The notes: a model not told the origin generated them from the letters alone. Positions 39,941-54,079 are shown, counted from the first letter of the stretch. The stretch is 64,000 nt of DNA from Octopus sinensis (GCF_006345805.1 NW_021833045.1:1-64000); one strand, 5' to 3'. Program-made: numbers and translations.

Positions 39941-41847
39941 TCAGCTCTTATGAAACTGATCGACCTAAAATCGGGTTGTCAGATGAATTGTTTTTTTGTT
40001 TTTTTTCTTTTGGGCGTGGAGGGTCATTTATTTGAATCTGTTTGATGTTATTTTAATTAACATGAAATGTATTTTTAACATAGTATTTAATGGTTTTTAC
40101 TGGGATTTTTGTAGTTCTATCTTTCTCTCTATAACTCTTGTTTATCTTTTTTACTATCTGAATACATTTTATCGCTTTCCATGCATATAATGATGGAGCG
40201 CCAAGTAGAAACCCACTACAAACACCAGTCAAACTACGATCCAACCAAGGAACATCTATGTGATTGCATGATTTCTAGAAATAGCAATGAAATTCATCAA
40301 AAGATCATACTCTAGAGTAGAGGTCGGCAAAGGGATAAATTTTTTCCTCGGAAGGTGGGGGTCTATGGGAATGTCCAAGGGGATGATAAGCATCTGAAAA
40401 GATTTTGAGCATTATGGAGCTGAATTTATAAATAAGATGTGTCTCAATTTTTATTGTTCTTTGTAAGTTATATTGTTCGTTGTGTATTTTCATTAAATTT
40501 CTTCAAATATTTCTTATTAAAAAGCAGTGATGACACAAAATATCGAAGAAATTCTTGTTTTAAAATCGAGAAATTTTTTTATTAATTATACATTTAATCT
40601 TATTTTAGAAATTTACACGATAGGGGTCTGTAAGTTTTCGATGATTTTACGAGCTGTCAATGTTTTTGATTGTTTCAGACATAAACATGAACATTTGAGA
40701 TAATGCAGTCTGAGAGACGTTTCGACTTGGAAAATAGCAAATGAGAGTCACAGTTTGAAGGTCGTTGTTCATTGGTCTATTTGATCAAGCCTGAGCTGAT
40801 GTTAAACAACTATAAGAACATCATCAGCCAACGAAATAACTTTCATGTCAGGGCTTGCTATCCTCGTAAGAAGCAGGACTCATTTGATAATGTCTGAAGA
40901 ATGAGAAAAAAGGGAAAAATCTTCCAGAATGTTCTTGATCACAGATTAGCTCGATCTAGAATGGCTCAGTGTTAAACAATAGCAACAACTAGAAAAAGAA
41001 CATTTATGTAAGGACAATATAAGATAATAAAATCTATATCCCTGTAAAAAAAAAAGGGGGGTTTGTCGCGGTTGAAAATGTTTTTAAGTTGATCATAGGT
41101 TTGATTAAATAAGTACTGAGCTGAGACTGAACAACAATATAGACCTAAGAAAATAATATTATCCCTCCCCACTTTCTCCCTAAATGTTAAAATTAACGTA
41201 GGCTAGAAATTTCTTATATATAAGCATTTCCCAGTAAACCATAATTGCGGAAAAAATTTTTATAGACGCCTGATTAAAAGATTAAAATTCATACAGCTGC
41301 TACCCCAATATGACGAACATTATCACTCGTAAACGTCGCCAAGAGTCCACTCCTAGTTTGAACTCTCGGAACCCTGAATTTTGCCCAATTGACCAGGCGT
41401 ATATGATAGACTCTGTCGTTTATGAGACAGAAGATGAAGTGTCTGAAAAAAAACTACATCCGTTTATGCGAAGGCAATTTTAGATGACGTCATGCAAACA
41501 CCAGTTTTCTTTCCGGCACATCAACAAAAGAAAAGCCACTAAATTGGCTAGCGACGTATGGGGTTTGAGGACCAACTGAATACCACATTCAATCAAGTGG
41601 CAAATCGTGGATATATCCTTACTATATGTAAACAGATCTAATAAATGCAACTGATGCGCAGCTGAAAGATCGCACATTCTCACACACGCGCACCTTCTCT
41701 TGGTATCACCAACACTATTATCTCCCTTTCTTTCAAACTTTTTTCCAATCATTCGCCATGCTAGACCGCTGAAATCTACAAGTTTTTTTTGTATTCTCTC
41801 TCTCTCTCTCTCTCTCTCTCTATTTATTTATTTATTTTCACTAATTC

Positions 41848-41980
41848 CTTTCTGTTGAAGAGCGGAGGCACGAAATGTAAAAGATTTTCACTTACATGAG
41901 CGTCAAACTAATACACTTCTTTGTTGCTCATACACCTGTCTTCGTCTTTGGTTTTCCTATAAATTTCAAATATCTACATA
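41848..41980 (+). mobile_element. Related repeat with a minimal hammerhead motif (copy 3)
   Basis: CTTT-CTGTTGA-A-GAGC-GGAG-GCAC-GAAAT-GTA-AAAG at 41848-41883, with a perfect stem I (CTTT/AAAG); shares downstream GAGCGTC.AA with copies 1 and 2. Confidence 0.55.
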
Positions 41981-41999
41981 CATATACACACACACACAC

Positions 42000-42051
<52 letters not shown>

Positions 42052-42303
42052 CCTTACATGTAATGTTTTTCTAATTTTGTCAAATATTTCCCCGATGAAA
42101 TTCATACCCATAAATATGAATATTTTATATATTCATTATTGGGTATGAATCGAAACAATTCGTAGGATTAATATTTGTATTCCTATTCATATTATATTAT
42201 ATTACATTATATTATATTTATTGTAATATAATATTATGCTAATAAATTATATTTAAGATATTTCTATCGTAAATCCACATTTTCTTAACTTTTGTGTGTG
42301 TGA

Positions 42304-42341
<38 letters not shown>

Positions 42342-43004
42342 CTTGTCTCCATGGCACTCTCTTCTCTCACCTATCCTCTATCCACTACACTTTATTTTTT
42401 CTTCTATATTGTCTCCCTCTCTCTCTTCGACTCTCTTTCACACTCTTCCGCCTTCCTTCCCTCTTATTTCCAGCAAAATCATTTTTTTTTATAACGTTTA
42501 TTATCCTGTGTTCAGCTGCATTCGCTTTACTATTCCCGTTCATACATTCTCTCTTCACACTACATGTATGTGTTTGTGTGTGTGGCGCACATGCGCACAT
42601 ATATACTTTCGCACTTCTGTCGGCTCTTAACTCTTTATTCTATACTCTTCTCATCTTCACAAAGCTCACGCAAGCCACACTTTCACACATATCCACACAA
42701 AGTGCACAGAGAGACGGGGAGATCAAACCTGCACGCAAACACGTCACTAGCTTAAAAGAAATTTCATTCAACCTCCATACATTCAAACATATTCAAATGC
42801 ATGTGTGAATACATAAGGGAATTTCTTTGTGCAAGTGCATACCTGTATACGTATGTGTATGTCTGTATATTTTTATATATGTATCCGAGTGCATGTACAA
42901 ATGTTTGCTACACAATCAAGAGATCCTGAGTTCGATACTACCGCATGGCTTTTTGGGAAATTGTGATTTTTTTTTTGTTATTGCTTTTATTTTTACGAAA
43001 GCAC

Positions 43005-43440
43005 AGGCATAATTGTGTGGTATAGAAGCTCGCTTTGCGAAGCACATGGTTTCAGATTCAGTCCCACTGCGTAGCACCTTAGGTAATTGTTCTGGGTCGA
43101 CCAATGCCATGTGAGCGAACCTGGTAGACAAAAGGTCTGTGTGGAAGCCCGTCCTATACATGTATGTACATGTGTGTGAGTGTGTGTGCATGTGTGTGTC
43201 TGTGTGTTTGCATATGTGTTTGCATGTGTGTGTGTGTTTGTTTGTCGTCCCACTGCTTCATATCCGATTTTGATTTGTTCAAGTTTCCGTGACGTAGCAA
43301 TTCCATACAAGAGACCCATAAAATAAATACCAGAATTTAAAATGCAACATAAGTCCCTGGGTGGGGTGATTAGTAAAATTAAATCTTGCAAGGTGGTGTC
43401 CCGGCATGACCGCAGTCAAGGACTGAATCAAACGAACGAT
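43005..43440 (+). mobile_element. SINE family A, old diverged copy
   Basis: Recognisable ATGGTTTCAGATTCAGTCCCACTGCGTAGCACCTT, GAAGCCCGTC and GGTGTCCCGGCATGACCGCAGTC segments. Confidence 0.7.
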
Positions 43441-43780
43441 AATAGATAAACAGAAAAAAGTACCTCAGACCGACTGAAACCTTGTAAATAAAACAAGGCA
43501 ACCGAAAACTGTGCGGAAGCCCGTCAGTTAGACTTCGGCTCTAAATTAAAGGGTTGACTTTATCCTATAATGTGTCATGCTCATTGTTCGGGATTATTAC
43601 GTGAAGATAACACAAGTCTGAGGAATACTCAGTCAGTTACGTTTTAATTCAATGTGTAGATAACTCAGGTGATCGAACCGAAAATATATTTGTATAAATG
43701 TGTGCGCATGTTTACATGTCTTTATTTCTCTGTGAGTGTGTGTGTGTGTGTGTAGATGGATATATATGTGTGTGTAGATG

Positions 43781-43833
<53 letters not shown>

Positions 43834-44094
43834 TTAAATACATATATACATATACACACACACACACAGAAATACCTCAACTATCGCGTGTGTTACGTTC
43901 CAAATCACCCACCCCTGCGATAGGTGAAGATCCGTGAAGTAGAAATAGTACTGTAGTATGTATTTCTTTAATCTTTTTATAATTTGTATATATTTAATTT
44001 TTTTAAATGCAAAACAACACCACGGAGGAATCGATGTAAGCTTAAATAATAAACCGCGATAGCTGAACCGCGATATGTGAGTGCGTGTGTGTGT

Positions 44095-44290
44095 GTGTCT
44101 ACTGTTGTGTCTGGGGAGAACCATTCTCTTTTGGTACCTTATAATTTAACACACTCACTGGTAAAATTTCCACGTATTTTTTTTTAGTTTTTCTAAAACT
44201 TTCGTTGTCTTGCAACCTTTTCAATAGTTTTGACTCTGTCTGTTACTCACACTGCGTTCCTTTTTGGTTTTTTTTGTACGCATGTGTGTG
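44095..44290 (+). repeat. Unclassified repeat family C followed by degenerate (TG)n (possibly non-autonomous Helitron-like)
   Basis: Matches the reverse complement of 56335-56520 and part of 47195-47280. The Helitron assignment is speculative. Confidence 0.6.
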
Positions 44291-44313
44291 GATCAGTGTG
44301 TGTGTGTGTGTGT

Positions 44314-44349
<36 letters not shown>

Positions 44350-46568
44350 GTGTGTGTATGTTTGTGTGTGTGTATGTTTGTGTGTGCCTATACATGCATG
44401 AATGTATGTATGCATGTATGTGTGCGTACATATGTATCTATTTATGTGTGTACATTTGTATGTATGTATTCTGCACACTTAAGTTTAAAGATTTAGTTAA
44501 CAGAATATATTTGATATTTCATGTTTTTATTTAAGATATATTGTTGAATTTTGTTCGATTTTTTATTGAGAAGTTACGTATTTTTATATATATTTAAATT
44601 TTCTTATAAGATAATATACGTACATTTAATTAATTATTTTATTGTTTTTATCTTGGACCTGATAAGTGACTATATTTAAACTGAATTGATTTTACTGCTA
44701 TAAGTTTGAAAATATAGCCACGAAACACGTGTAGTCTATTTACTAATTATATACTATTTATTATTTCGTGCTTTATTTAGTTCTAGGTAAATGTTTTACC
44801 GTATCTTTAATTTTTTTATATATGGTATGATTTAATTATATCATAGTTGAATTGCTACATGGTGGTTCTTCTCTAATTTATATATATATATATATATATC
44901 AAGCTGACCTTGGTGGAAATTGCAGAACATGAAGTGGGACAGAATGCCACTAAGTATTATGTCCTTCGTCTTAACGTGTCTGCCAGCTGGCCGTCTTAGC
45001 ACTAATAAATATATTCATTCATACAAATATCTTTACACTGAATAAGCGCTAAAATATATCCGCACATACTAATGTATTCTCATATATTAATATATTCACG
45101 CATTCTAATATATTTAGGATACTAATATATTCATACATGCTAATATATTCACACGTACTAATGATATTCACATATTCTAATATATTCAAACATTCTTAAA
45201 TATTCACACACACACACACACATACACACACACATACACACACACTGATATATTCACATGGAATGAGGAATCTTCATACCCATTACAATACATCTATGAA
45301 CATAATTTTACACATGCTTCCTCCTATGAATTGCTACTTCCGATCCTGATGCATTATGGTACAGTTTAGCCAAGGACTAACAGCCAGTCATTTGCAACAA
45401 ACCTCGATGTTTATTCTTGTGCTTCCTATACACGTGTTAAGTATTTTATACGAATGAGATGTTGTAACGATGAATAATAGTCGAGAATCAATGGTTTTAT
45501 TCGGTTAAAACGTTCAGCTTCTGTATACGAAGTGCTTCAATAAAAAAAACATCAACATTCATAGGAGATATAATCTCTCTGAAGACTGAACTCCATAGGA
45601 AATCGTTCAAATTCTGATTCCACCGAAAACAATCTCATTGGTCGACTCGTTTAAATAATCTGTTTAAAGCAATCCGTCTAAGTTCAATAATGGGTGTCCC
45701 ATCCATAATTACCATTGTATTATGCTTAGAAATAGGTCGTAACAAATATGTGAGCGGGATCAATCAATTTACTAAACTGGAGTTTACGACATTAACACTC
45801 GAATTTATTTGTGGCTCAACAATGATCTAGAAAACATCGTAAAGACTAAGTCTTTAGAGCAATAATATATATTACGAAAGGCCATCTCCGGTTCAGTTGC
45901 ATTGTGGTATATTTTCACTGAAGTCTAACAGTTAACTATTTGCAATAAATATGACTGATCACATTTGTGCTTCGTATTCTGCAGCTGGTTGTTTTAGTCG
46001 GATTAAACAAATACTTTTTGACTACTGTTATTAATCCAATACAATCATATCGCTGTGTATTATACTAAATATAGAGGCACCACTGAAAGTCATGATGCTA
46101 CGGTTCTTGTCTGGAAAAAAAATTTATTCATAAATATGTTGTGTTAAAAGTACAGTAAGTATTGAAACGAGGCAGACATCACCGAGTTTTTTTACAGCCC
46201 GGCAAGCTTTACGCAATTAACGATTATTACTCACTATTTCTTATATATCGAAACATGAATTTCTTCTAAGGAGATGGTAAGCGAGGCACAGCACTGAACC
46301 AACACTCACCCACCCCTAATGACCAAAAACCGTCTGCCGTTCATTTAAATCACTGCTGCGATGTTCCTCACACTCTGATAACATTGTATTTTTAACAGAT
46401 GTCGATGAACAGGTTTTATCTCGGACGATTCCATAGCATCATGCCTTCAAGCGATGTATATACATATCATATTATACATATATGGCGATTCTAATTTAAC
46501 GCCGTTCGAATTGCGTTTAACGAAATCATATATGTATGTATGTACATAAGTAAACCGATAAAGTGATA

Positions 46569-47131
46569 GTGGGTATCCGAAAAGTTCGTGCCGATTTATA
46601 GTAGCTTACATTTCGACTCTTTTTAGAACATGGTTGAGTCCATAAAATAGGATTTGACTACACCTCCATTTAGCACAGTTTAAGCTATCTTTTCGTGGAA
46701 GAATGTTTATGTTCCTATAACCTGTGTTAATTTTGAAACCCTTTAAAATGGAAGACAAGAAAGTTCATTTTCGGCATTTGATGCTTTGGGAACCAGACAA
46801 AAATTGCTGCAGCTCGGCTGAGATGTGTTACCCCACCCTCCATATTCACCAGATATTGCTCCTTTGGATTTCCAATTATTCAGGTCTCTGCAGAATAGTC
46901 TTAATGATAAAAATTTCAATTCCTTGGATGACGTAAAAAGATACCTTGATGAATTCTTTGCCATGAAACCACCTCAGTTCTGGGAAGAGGGTATTTTCAA
47001 GTTAAAGGAAAGATGGAGACGCATTGTGCAACAAAATGGTTCATATTTAGTAGATTAAAAATGTAATGGCAAGTATTTATTGACCGTTTTCTTTCCTTTA
47101 TAAACTGGCACGAACTTTCCGGACAACCCAA
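46569..47131 (+). mobile_element. Internally deleted mariner element (563 bp) with both TIRs and TA flanks
   Basis: Imperfect TIRs GTGGGTATCCGAAAAGTTCGTGCC / GGCACGAACTTTCCGGACAACCCAA between TA dinucleotides. N-terminal MEDKKVHFRHLMLW (46748) is fused directly to C-terminal PHPPYSPDIAPLDFQLFRSLQN...WRRIVQQNGSYLVD* (stop 47058). Confidence 0.9.
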
Positions 47132-47399
47132 TACAAACATCCCGCTGTATTTTTTTTTTTTTTCATAAATATCTTCAGAAAATTTTAGAAAATAAAAATA
47201 AGAAATAAGTGGAAATTTTACTGGTGAGTGTGTTAAATAATAAGGCACTAAAAGAGAATGACTCTCCCCAGACACAACAGAATCTTCACAAAATTACATT
47301 TATATACACACAAGTCAACAGGCGTAGACAAGAACTGATAGCAGCTATGCAGACATTTCTGTCGAATCAATATACACTCGTGCATCCATAAACACATAC

Positions 47400-48269
47400 A
47401 TTTACTCTTCTAACAAACCTAGAAGCATGATTCCGCCTCAGAACTTAAACACACGCATACATGCATATAAAAACCATACGCACACACATGGACACTGATG
47501 CGCGTCCAAACTTACACACAATTCACACACACAAACACACACACACACGCATACATATATACTCGCGCACTTATCCTAACACCACCACACACATACACAA
47601 GCATACACACTCAAAACTCCACACTCACTCATCCCCAGCTTGCATTCCTTACCCTGCTCCATACACGCACACACACACACATATATATATACGCGCACGC
47701 ATACATATATACACACACATGCATATACATACACATACATACACGCATAAACATATGCACACTTGCGTACACACACAAAATGGCTCACTCACACAAAATT
47801 AATCGCCCTCATCCCATCTTACTCTCAACACGCACATACACACACACATACACACACATATACATAAACACGGAAAGAGGTTATGCACAAATTAAAACAC
47901 TCACTATCAGCACACACACATACTCTAACATATACACACACATAAACAAATATCCACACACATATATATTTATATACACACACATGCGTATACATAATCA
48001 CAGATCCATATACACACATGTATACACGCATACACATAAATATACATACACTTACACACATACATATATACACATATACACATGCATATACACACACACA
48101 CAAACATACATGCACATACATATACACACACCTATATATACACACATATACACGTGCAAATACATATACACACATACATATTCATACTATACACCGACAT
48201 ACACATATATGTACACATACACACATACACATATATACCGAGATATACATATACATACATATACGCACT

Positions 48270-48300
<31 letters not shown>

Positions 48301-48330
48301 GCATAGACACACGCCTACATACACACACAC
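47400..48330. repeat. Degenerate (CA/CATA)n low-complexity tract
   Basis: Direct inspection; source of the spurious 308-aa ORF. Confidence 0.9.
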
Positions 48331-48399
48331 ATTCAGTCTGCTGGGATATGACAGATCCATCACTTCGGTTTGTAACGCAATTTCTTCACTTTTCCCAAT

Positions 48400-48700
48400 G
48401 ACCTGGCCGCCATTGCCGGATTAATACCTGCCACTAGCAACGGACAATTCCTAATTGGCTAAGAATTCACAGACAACTGAATAATTACATGCAAATTAGC
48501 CGAATTGCTGATTGGCCTAAAACTGACAAGAAACCTTGATCTAATTAAAGACAAATGCCACAGATAAATTTGCTTCATAAATTTTTCCTGACATCGTCAA
48601 ATCAATCATATTCGTTCGTCTTACTTCCTGTTTGCATCATTTTCGTTTAATTTATTCACCAATAGAATTTTCCGCTTTTCCTTTCTGCAGTTTCTCTTCA
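48400..48700. promoter_or_regulatory. Candidate enhancer (octamer + CCAAT + homeodomain motifs)
   Basis: ATGCAAAT at 48489-48496, CTAATTGG at 48451, GATTGG at about 48510 and CTAATTAA at 48541, clustered in unique sequence. Confidence 0.3.
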
Positions 48701-48854
48701 ACTACATGTTGTCTTCGTCTTATACCACTACTATTGTTAGAACTGTTAGACTAATCCTGCTGTTGACTGATGCCGTTGTCATACTGCAGTTATTGTGTCA
48801 CTATTTACCATAACCACTGTCTATATAACTGTCGCTACACTACAAATATTCTTG

Positions 48855-49750
48855 GTTTCAAATTTTGGCATCAGGCCAGCAATTTTGTGCGAGGGATAAG
48901 TCGATTACATCGACCCCAATGCTGGTACTTATTTAATCGAAACCGAAAGGATGAAGGAAAATGTCGACCTCGGTGAAATTCGAAATCAGAATGTAAAGAC
49001 GGACGGAATGCGGCTAAGCATTGTTCGCCCGGCGTGCTAACAGTTCTGCCAGTTCACCGTCTTTATTACAATTATTATTAAGATTACTAAACAATTATGA
49101 CTATTGCTATGAATTCTAACACTGCACTGATACGTACCAATATTATTTTCTACTCTAGGCACAAGGCACGAAATTTTGGGGGAGGGGGCCAGTCGATTAC
49201 ATCGACCTCAATACGCAACTGGTACTTAATTCATCGACCCCGAAAGGATGAAAGGCAAAGTTGACCTCGGCGCAATTTTGAACTCAGGACGTAAAGGCAA
49301 GCGAAATACTGCCAAGCATTTCGTCCGGCGTGCTAACGTTTCTTATTTCTTTATTGCCCACAAGGGGCTAAACATAGAAGGGACAAACAAGGACAGACAA
49401 ACGGATTAAGTCGATTACATCGACCCCAGTGTGTAACTGGTACTTAATTTATCGACCCCGAAATAATGAAAGGCAAAGTCGACCACGGCGGAATTTGAAC
49501 TCACAACGTAACGGCAGACGAAATGCCTATTTCTTTACTGCCCACAAGGGGCTACACACAGAGAGGACAAACAAGGACAGACAAACGGATTAAGTCGATT
49601 ACATCGACCCCAGTTCGTAACTGGTGCTTATTTAATCGACCCCGAAAGGATGAAAGGCAAAGTCGACCTCGGCGGAATTTGAACTCACACCGTAACGACA
49701 GACGAAATACCGCTAAGCATTTCGCTCGGCGTGCTAACGTTTCTGCCATC
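48855..49750 (-). mobile_element. SINE family B cluster (one single copy plus a 3-4 unit concatemer)
   Basis: Repeated ATCGACCCCGAAAGGATGAAAGGCAAAGTCGAC cores, with type-1 tails at about 49345 and 49530. Confidence 0.9.
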
Positions 49751-50172
49751 ATGCAGCCTTCATTACTAATAATATTGACGTACTGCAATTAATAATTACA
49801 TTATTTACTAAGATTATTGCCTATATGAGCGCCTCTGTGGTTGAATCACAATCACAGTTGCTATTACTTATGCCTCTTGACATCTATCACTGTTATGACA
49901 AAGGTTGTTATTAATACTGACTGCCATTAATCATGCTAATATTACTAATTATATCACTCTATACTGCTGCTGGTATGACCGCTTCTATAACTGAACTATT
50001 ACTATTGTTAATACTATATTTCAGACTGCTGGTATCACGATTGTTGACATAACACTGATTTCTTCTTCTTCTTCTTCTTCTTCTTCTTCTTCTTCTTCTT
50101 CTTCTTCTTCTTCTTCTTCTTCTTCTTCTTCTTCTTCTTCTACTACTACTACTACTACTACTACTACTATAA

Positions 50173-50214
<42 letters not shown>

Positions 50215-50665
50215 ACGGTCGACAACGTTCAGTAAGAAGATAAAGTTGCAGTCATCTATTGTTAATTCAACAGCCATCTACATCTGTGAAACTTCGAAGA
50301 AGACAACAAAGGCTTCTCAATTGCTGGACGGTCATAAGAAAAGCTGGTACGAGGAGTTGGCAGGACATGTTGACTAACAGGAGTTTGCAGGACATGTTGA
50401 CTAACAGGCGGATACAGTTTGTTGGCCATATGCTTCGGTTACCGCGGGAGAAACTTGCTACCATCGCGATAGAGTGGACGCCAGAAGGAGGGAAAATACC
50501 GAGTGGAAGAACAAGCAAGACATGAATCAGTACGTTCCGGGACGACAGGATAGCGCTAGGAGTCAACCCGAGTGGAGTTAAGAGGAAAACGAGCAATCAG
50601 GATGTTTGTAGAAGGCTCCTTGCCCTTTGTGCTGACAGGATTGTAGGATCTAAAAACTAAGAGAG
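50215..50665 (+). mobile_element. RTE-clade LINE 3' fragment, decayed
   Basis: RRIQFVGHMLRLPREKLATIAIEWTPEGGKIPSGRTSKT matches the RTE C-terminal RxxxxGHxLR...WxPxGKRxxGRPxxTW pattern. Contains an in-frame 27-bp tandem duplication (50354-50407). Confidence 0.8.
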
Positions 50666-51169
50666 ACACCCAGATGTCATTACTAGATTCCGTCATATTT
50701 ATTGGCGACAACAAAGCGAATTATCATTATATACAGTGAAGTGTTTTGTTAATACAAACACAGGGAAAATGCAGTATAAGTATTTAAAACTTGCGTAATT
50801 AGGGATATTTCAGTATATAATTCATACAAGGAATTCAGGACCACATTAGCCAACTTACTTCCATTTTAAAACGGCAATGTGATTTGAGAGAGGTTTGACT
50901 GCTGTTACTAGCTGATGGGTAAAGTCGCATGCCCTAATGGTTAGGGTATCGCAAGCACGAACGATAGCATAAGTGCTTGGCTTTAAAAAATTGTGGGGTC
51001 GTTTCGTTAGACTAGAATTTCTTCAAGGACTTGCCCCAAGAAGGCCGTAAACTGATGACTGAAAAAAGTAAAAGATAAAAGATATATATCTATGAGTATA
51101 TATATGTGTGTGTGTGTGTGTATACATATATATGTATGTATTTATTTATATATATATATACCCTATTCT

Positions 51170-51251
51170 TACGTACACACCATTGTAATCTATATCTCTG
51201 ACATCGACCGCTAGAAACATACGGAGTTTCACTGCTCCCCATCCCCGCCAT
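51170..51251 (-). CDS. Candidate first coding exon of an unidentified host gene (MAGMGSSETPYVSSGRCQRYRLQW...)
   Basis: AAGATGGCGG start context in unique sequence, with possible donors ATG|GTGTGT or GTAC|GTAAGA. No protein family recognised and no downstream exons identified. Confidence 0.3.
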
Positions 51252-51506
51252 CTTCTTTTGTTTCCCCTCAATCAGCCAATTCTTCTTTTTGTATTCCATT
51301 TAGTAATTTCTTGTTTCATCCTTTTATATACACATTTATTGATCTCTGTAGATGATGCTGTGGTAGCTTTGTCACTTGGGTTTAATTTTCTCGACGGTGT
51401 TACGATGTTAGGAAAAGAGACAACAGCGACAACAACAGCAAAACAAAACAACTAAGTATCAAAATTAAAAGAACAACACCAACACTGTGTATGTATGTAT
51501 GTATGC

Positions 51507-51581
<75 letters not shown>

Positions 51582-51802
51582 CATAATATATATGTATGTT
51601 TAAATATATATATATATATGCGTATATGTATATATATACATATATAGTATATGCATAGACCTATATATACTATACATACTTATGTATATGCGTATATGTT
51701 TATGTGTATACATAATAGATACTAGTAGATGTATATAGAATACTCATCTATATAGGTAATGTATATATTTATGAAGCTATTGTATATATATATATATATA
51801 TA

Positions 51803-51847
<45 letters not shown>

Positions 51848-51861
51848 TTATGAAGCTATTG

Positions 51862-51892
<31 letters not shown>

Positions 51893-52553
51893 CTTTTATA
51901 TATGTGTGTGTGTGTTTGTGTGTGAATGTACGTATGCATCTATCTATCCACATATGAGTCTATATATACATATTTATTTGTGTATATTGCGTTTAATGTA
52001 CACGTGTGTATAATACATGCATATACACATGAAATACGTGCTTCGTGAGTGTGTGTATGTGTTTGTGTGTAGCTAGCTGACAAACGAACGAACAACGACA
52101 AGCATAGCAACCATACACCCCTACAAACACACACACAATAATAAAACAAACACCTAAAGAAAGATAAAGAAACCACGGGAAAAACAACCCCACAACAGAA
52201 AAAAAAAACAGCCACAAAATATCAAAGTACAATAAATATAATATATAAACAAACAAACATCAGGAAATGAAAGGAAATAAATACGAGACTCCGAAGTCAG
52301 AGATGCGATGAGACAGAGTTTTGTTTTATCCTTCTTTATTTTTTTTATATTTATTTATTTTCACCTTTATTTCTTGTTTGTTTTTCTGTCCATTGTCTTT
52401 TCTTTTGAGATGGCTTCTTCTTTCATTCTGTGATAACGAACGATAGTTAACTCACAGCAGTCTCGTTAATAACGCCAACATTGTGTGTTGTGTTTGCTGA
52501 AGATGAAGGAATCTTCTTCGACTGTCATTGATGTTGGTGCTGTTTGTACTTAC

Positions 52554-52640
52554 GGTTGGAACCACCGGTTTTTGGATTTTTTTATAAATTCTTTCTTTGG
52601 AATTTTTTTCCTATTTTTATTTTAGTTTATTTTTACTTCA
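52554..52640 (-). other. Candidate 87-nt non-coding (5' UTR) exon
   Basis: Minus-strand acceptor TTTCATTTTTTTTCACAAAG| and donor CCAACC|GTAAGT; stops in all three frames. Confidence 0.4.
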
Positions 52641-52981
52641 CTTTGTGAAAAAAAAATGAAATTATATACATATATATACATATATATATGTAGTGTATGT
52701 ATGAATGTATATATACATACACATATATATATATACATTCATATATATATATATATACGGTACTATGTATGTATGTATGTATAGATATATATATTATATA
52801 TATATATATATATATAATATATATATATGTATATATATATTATATATATTATATATATAATATATATACATAAATATATATTATATATATAATATGTATA
52901 TATATGTTATATATATATAATATATTATATATATATATATTATTATATATATATATATATAATGTATATATAATATATATA

Positions 52982-53080
<99 letters not shown>

Positions 53081-53249
53081 TTCCGACAACAAAATCTGAT
53101 ATCAAAAACAAACTATGGAACTATAGAAAGAAGCCGAGCAAAAAAATAAATAAGTAAATAAAGAAAAAATTAAAAAGTAAATGTAAAAATCTATAAAAAT
53201 CTATAGAAACGGAATTAAAAGAAACCGAAGACGAAATTAATGGCAGAGT

Positions 53250-53440
53250 CATTGAAATACCCCGACACGAAGTGAGCTGTTCGACTAAACTGCTGCCATC
53301 TTTGATGTCTCTTAGCGAACGTTGAAGATGCCATCTTGTTTAACTTCTATCATCAGCAATCGCTGACGCAGGTAGTTGGACGGTTTTTCTTCAGTTTTTA
53401 ACTGAAAAGCCAATCAAAAGACATCATTCATTACAGCAAT
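53250..53440 (-). promoter_or_regulatory. Candidate Pol II promoter/TSS region
   Basis: On the minus strand: GATTGG (CCAAT box), TGCGTCA (CRE half-site-like) and two AAGATGGC (YY1-like) motifs in non-repetitive sequence. Motif inference only. Confidence 0.35.
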
Positions 53441-53513
53441 AACAATAACGGCACGCACACATATATATGTGTGTGTATGTGTGTGTGTGTAAATATATAT
53501 ATTTGCATGTATA

Positions 53514-53556
<43 letters not shown>

Positions 53557-53599
53557 TGCATGTGTATATATATATATATATACATACATACATACATAC

Positions 53600-53805
53600 A
53601 TGTTTTCGCGTCTGTGTTTGTTCTCACCAGCGCTTGACAACAGGTCTTGATCTGTTTATGCCCCTGCAAACAGTCCGGCAAAAGGAACCGGTGGAATAAG
53701 TATTTGGTTTTAAAAAGTTCTGAGGTCGATTAATGGGACTAAAATCTGTTCAAGGCGGTGCCCCAGCAAGGCCGCAGTCTAATGGCTGAGAAAGCAAAAG
53801 AATAG
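53600..53805 (+). mobile_element. SINE family A, diverged 3' fragment
   Basis: GCTTGACAAC...GGCAAAAGGAACCG...CAAGGCGGTGCCCCAGCAAGGCCGCAGTC. Confidence 0.65.
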
Positions 53806-53809
53806 AGGG

Positions 53810-53811
53810 AC

Positions 53812-53856
<45 letters not shown>

Positions 53857-53864
53857 TAGATAGA

Positions 53865-53916
<52 letters not shown>

Positions 53917-53928
53917 TAGATTGATTGA

Positions 53929-53976
<48 letters not shown>

Positions 53977-54079
53977 TAGACAGCAGAGATAAATAGATAG
54001 ATAGATAGATAGATAGATGACAGACAGACGACAAACAGACAGACAGACAGACAGATAGATAGATAGATGATAGATAGAT

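Noticed and set aside
41310-41485. 57-aa ORF MTNIITRKRRQES...
   Set aside because: No recognisable domain or splice context.
47498-48424. 308-aa ORF
   Set aside because: Degenerate (CA/CATA)n tract.
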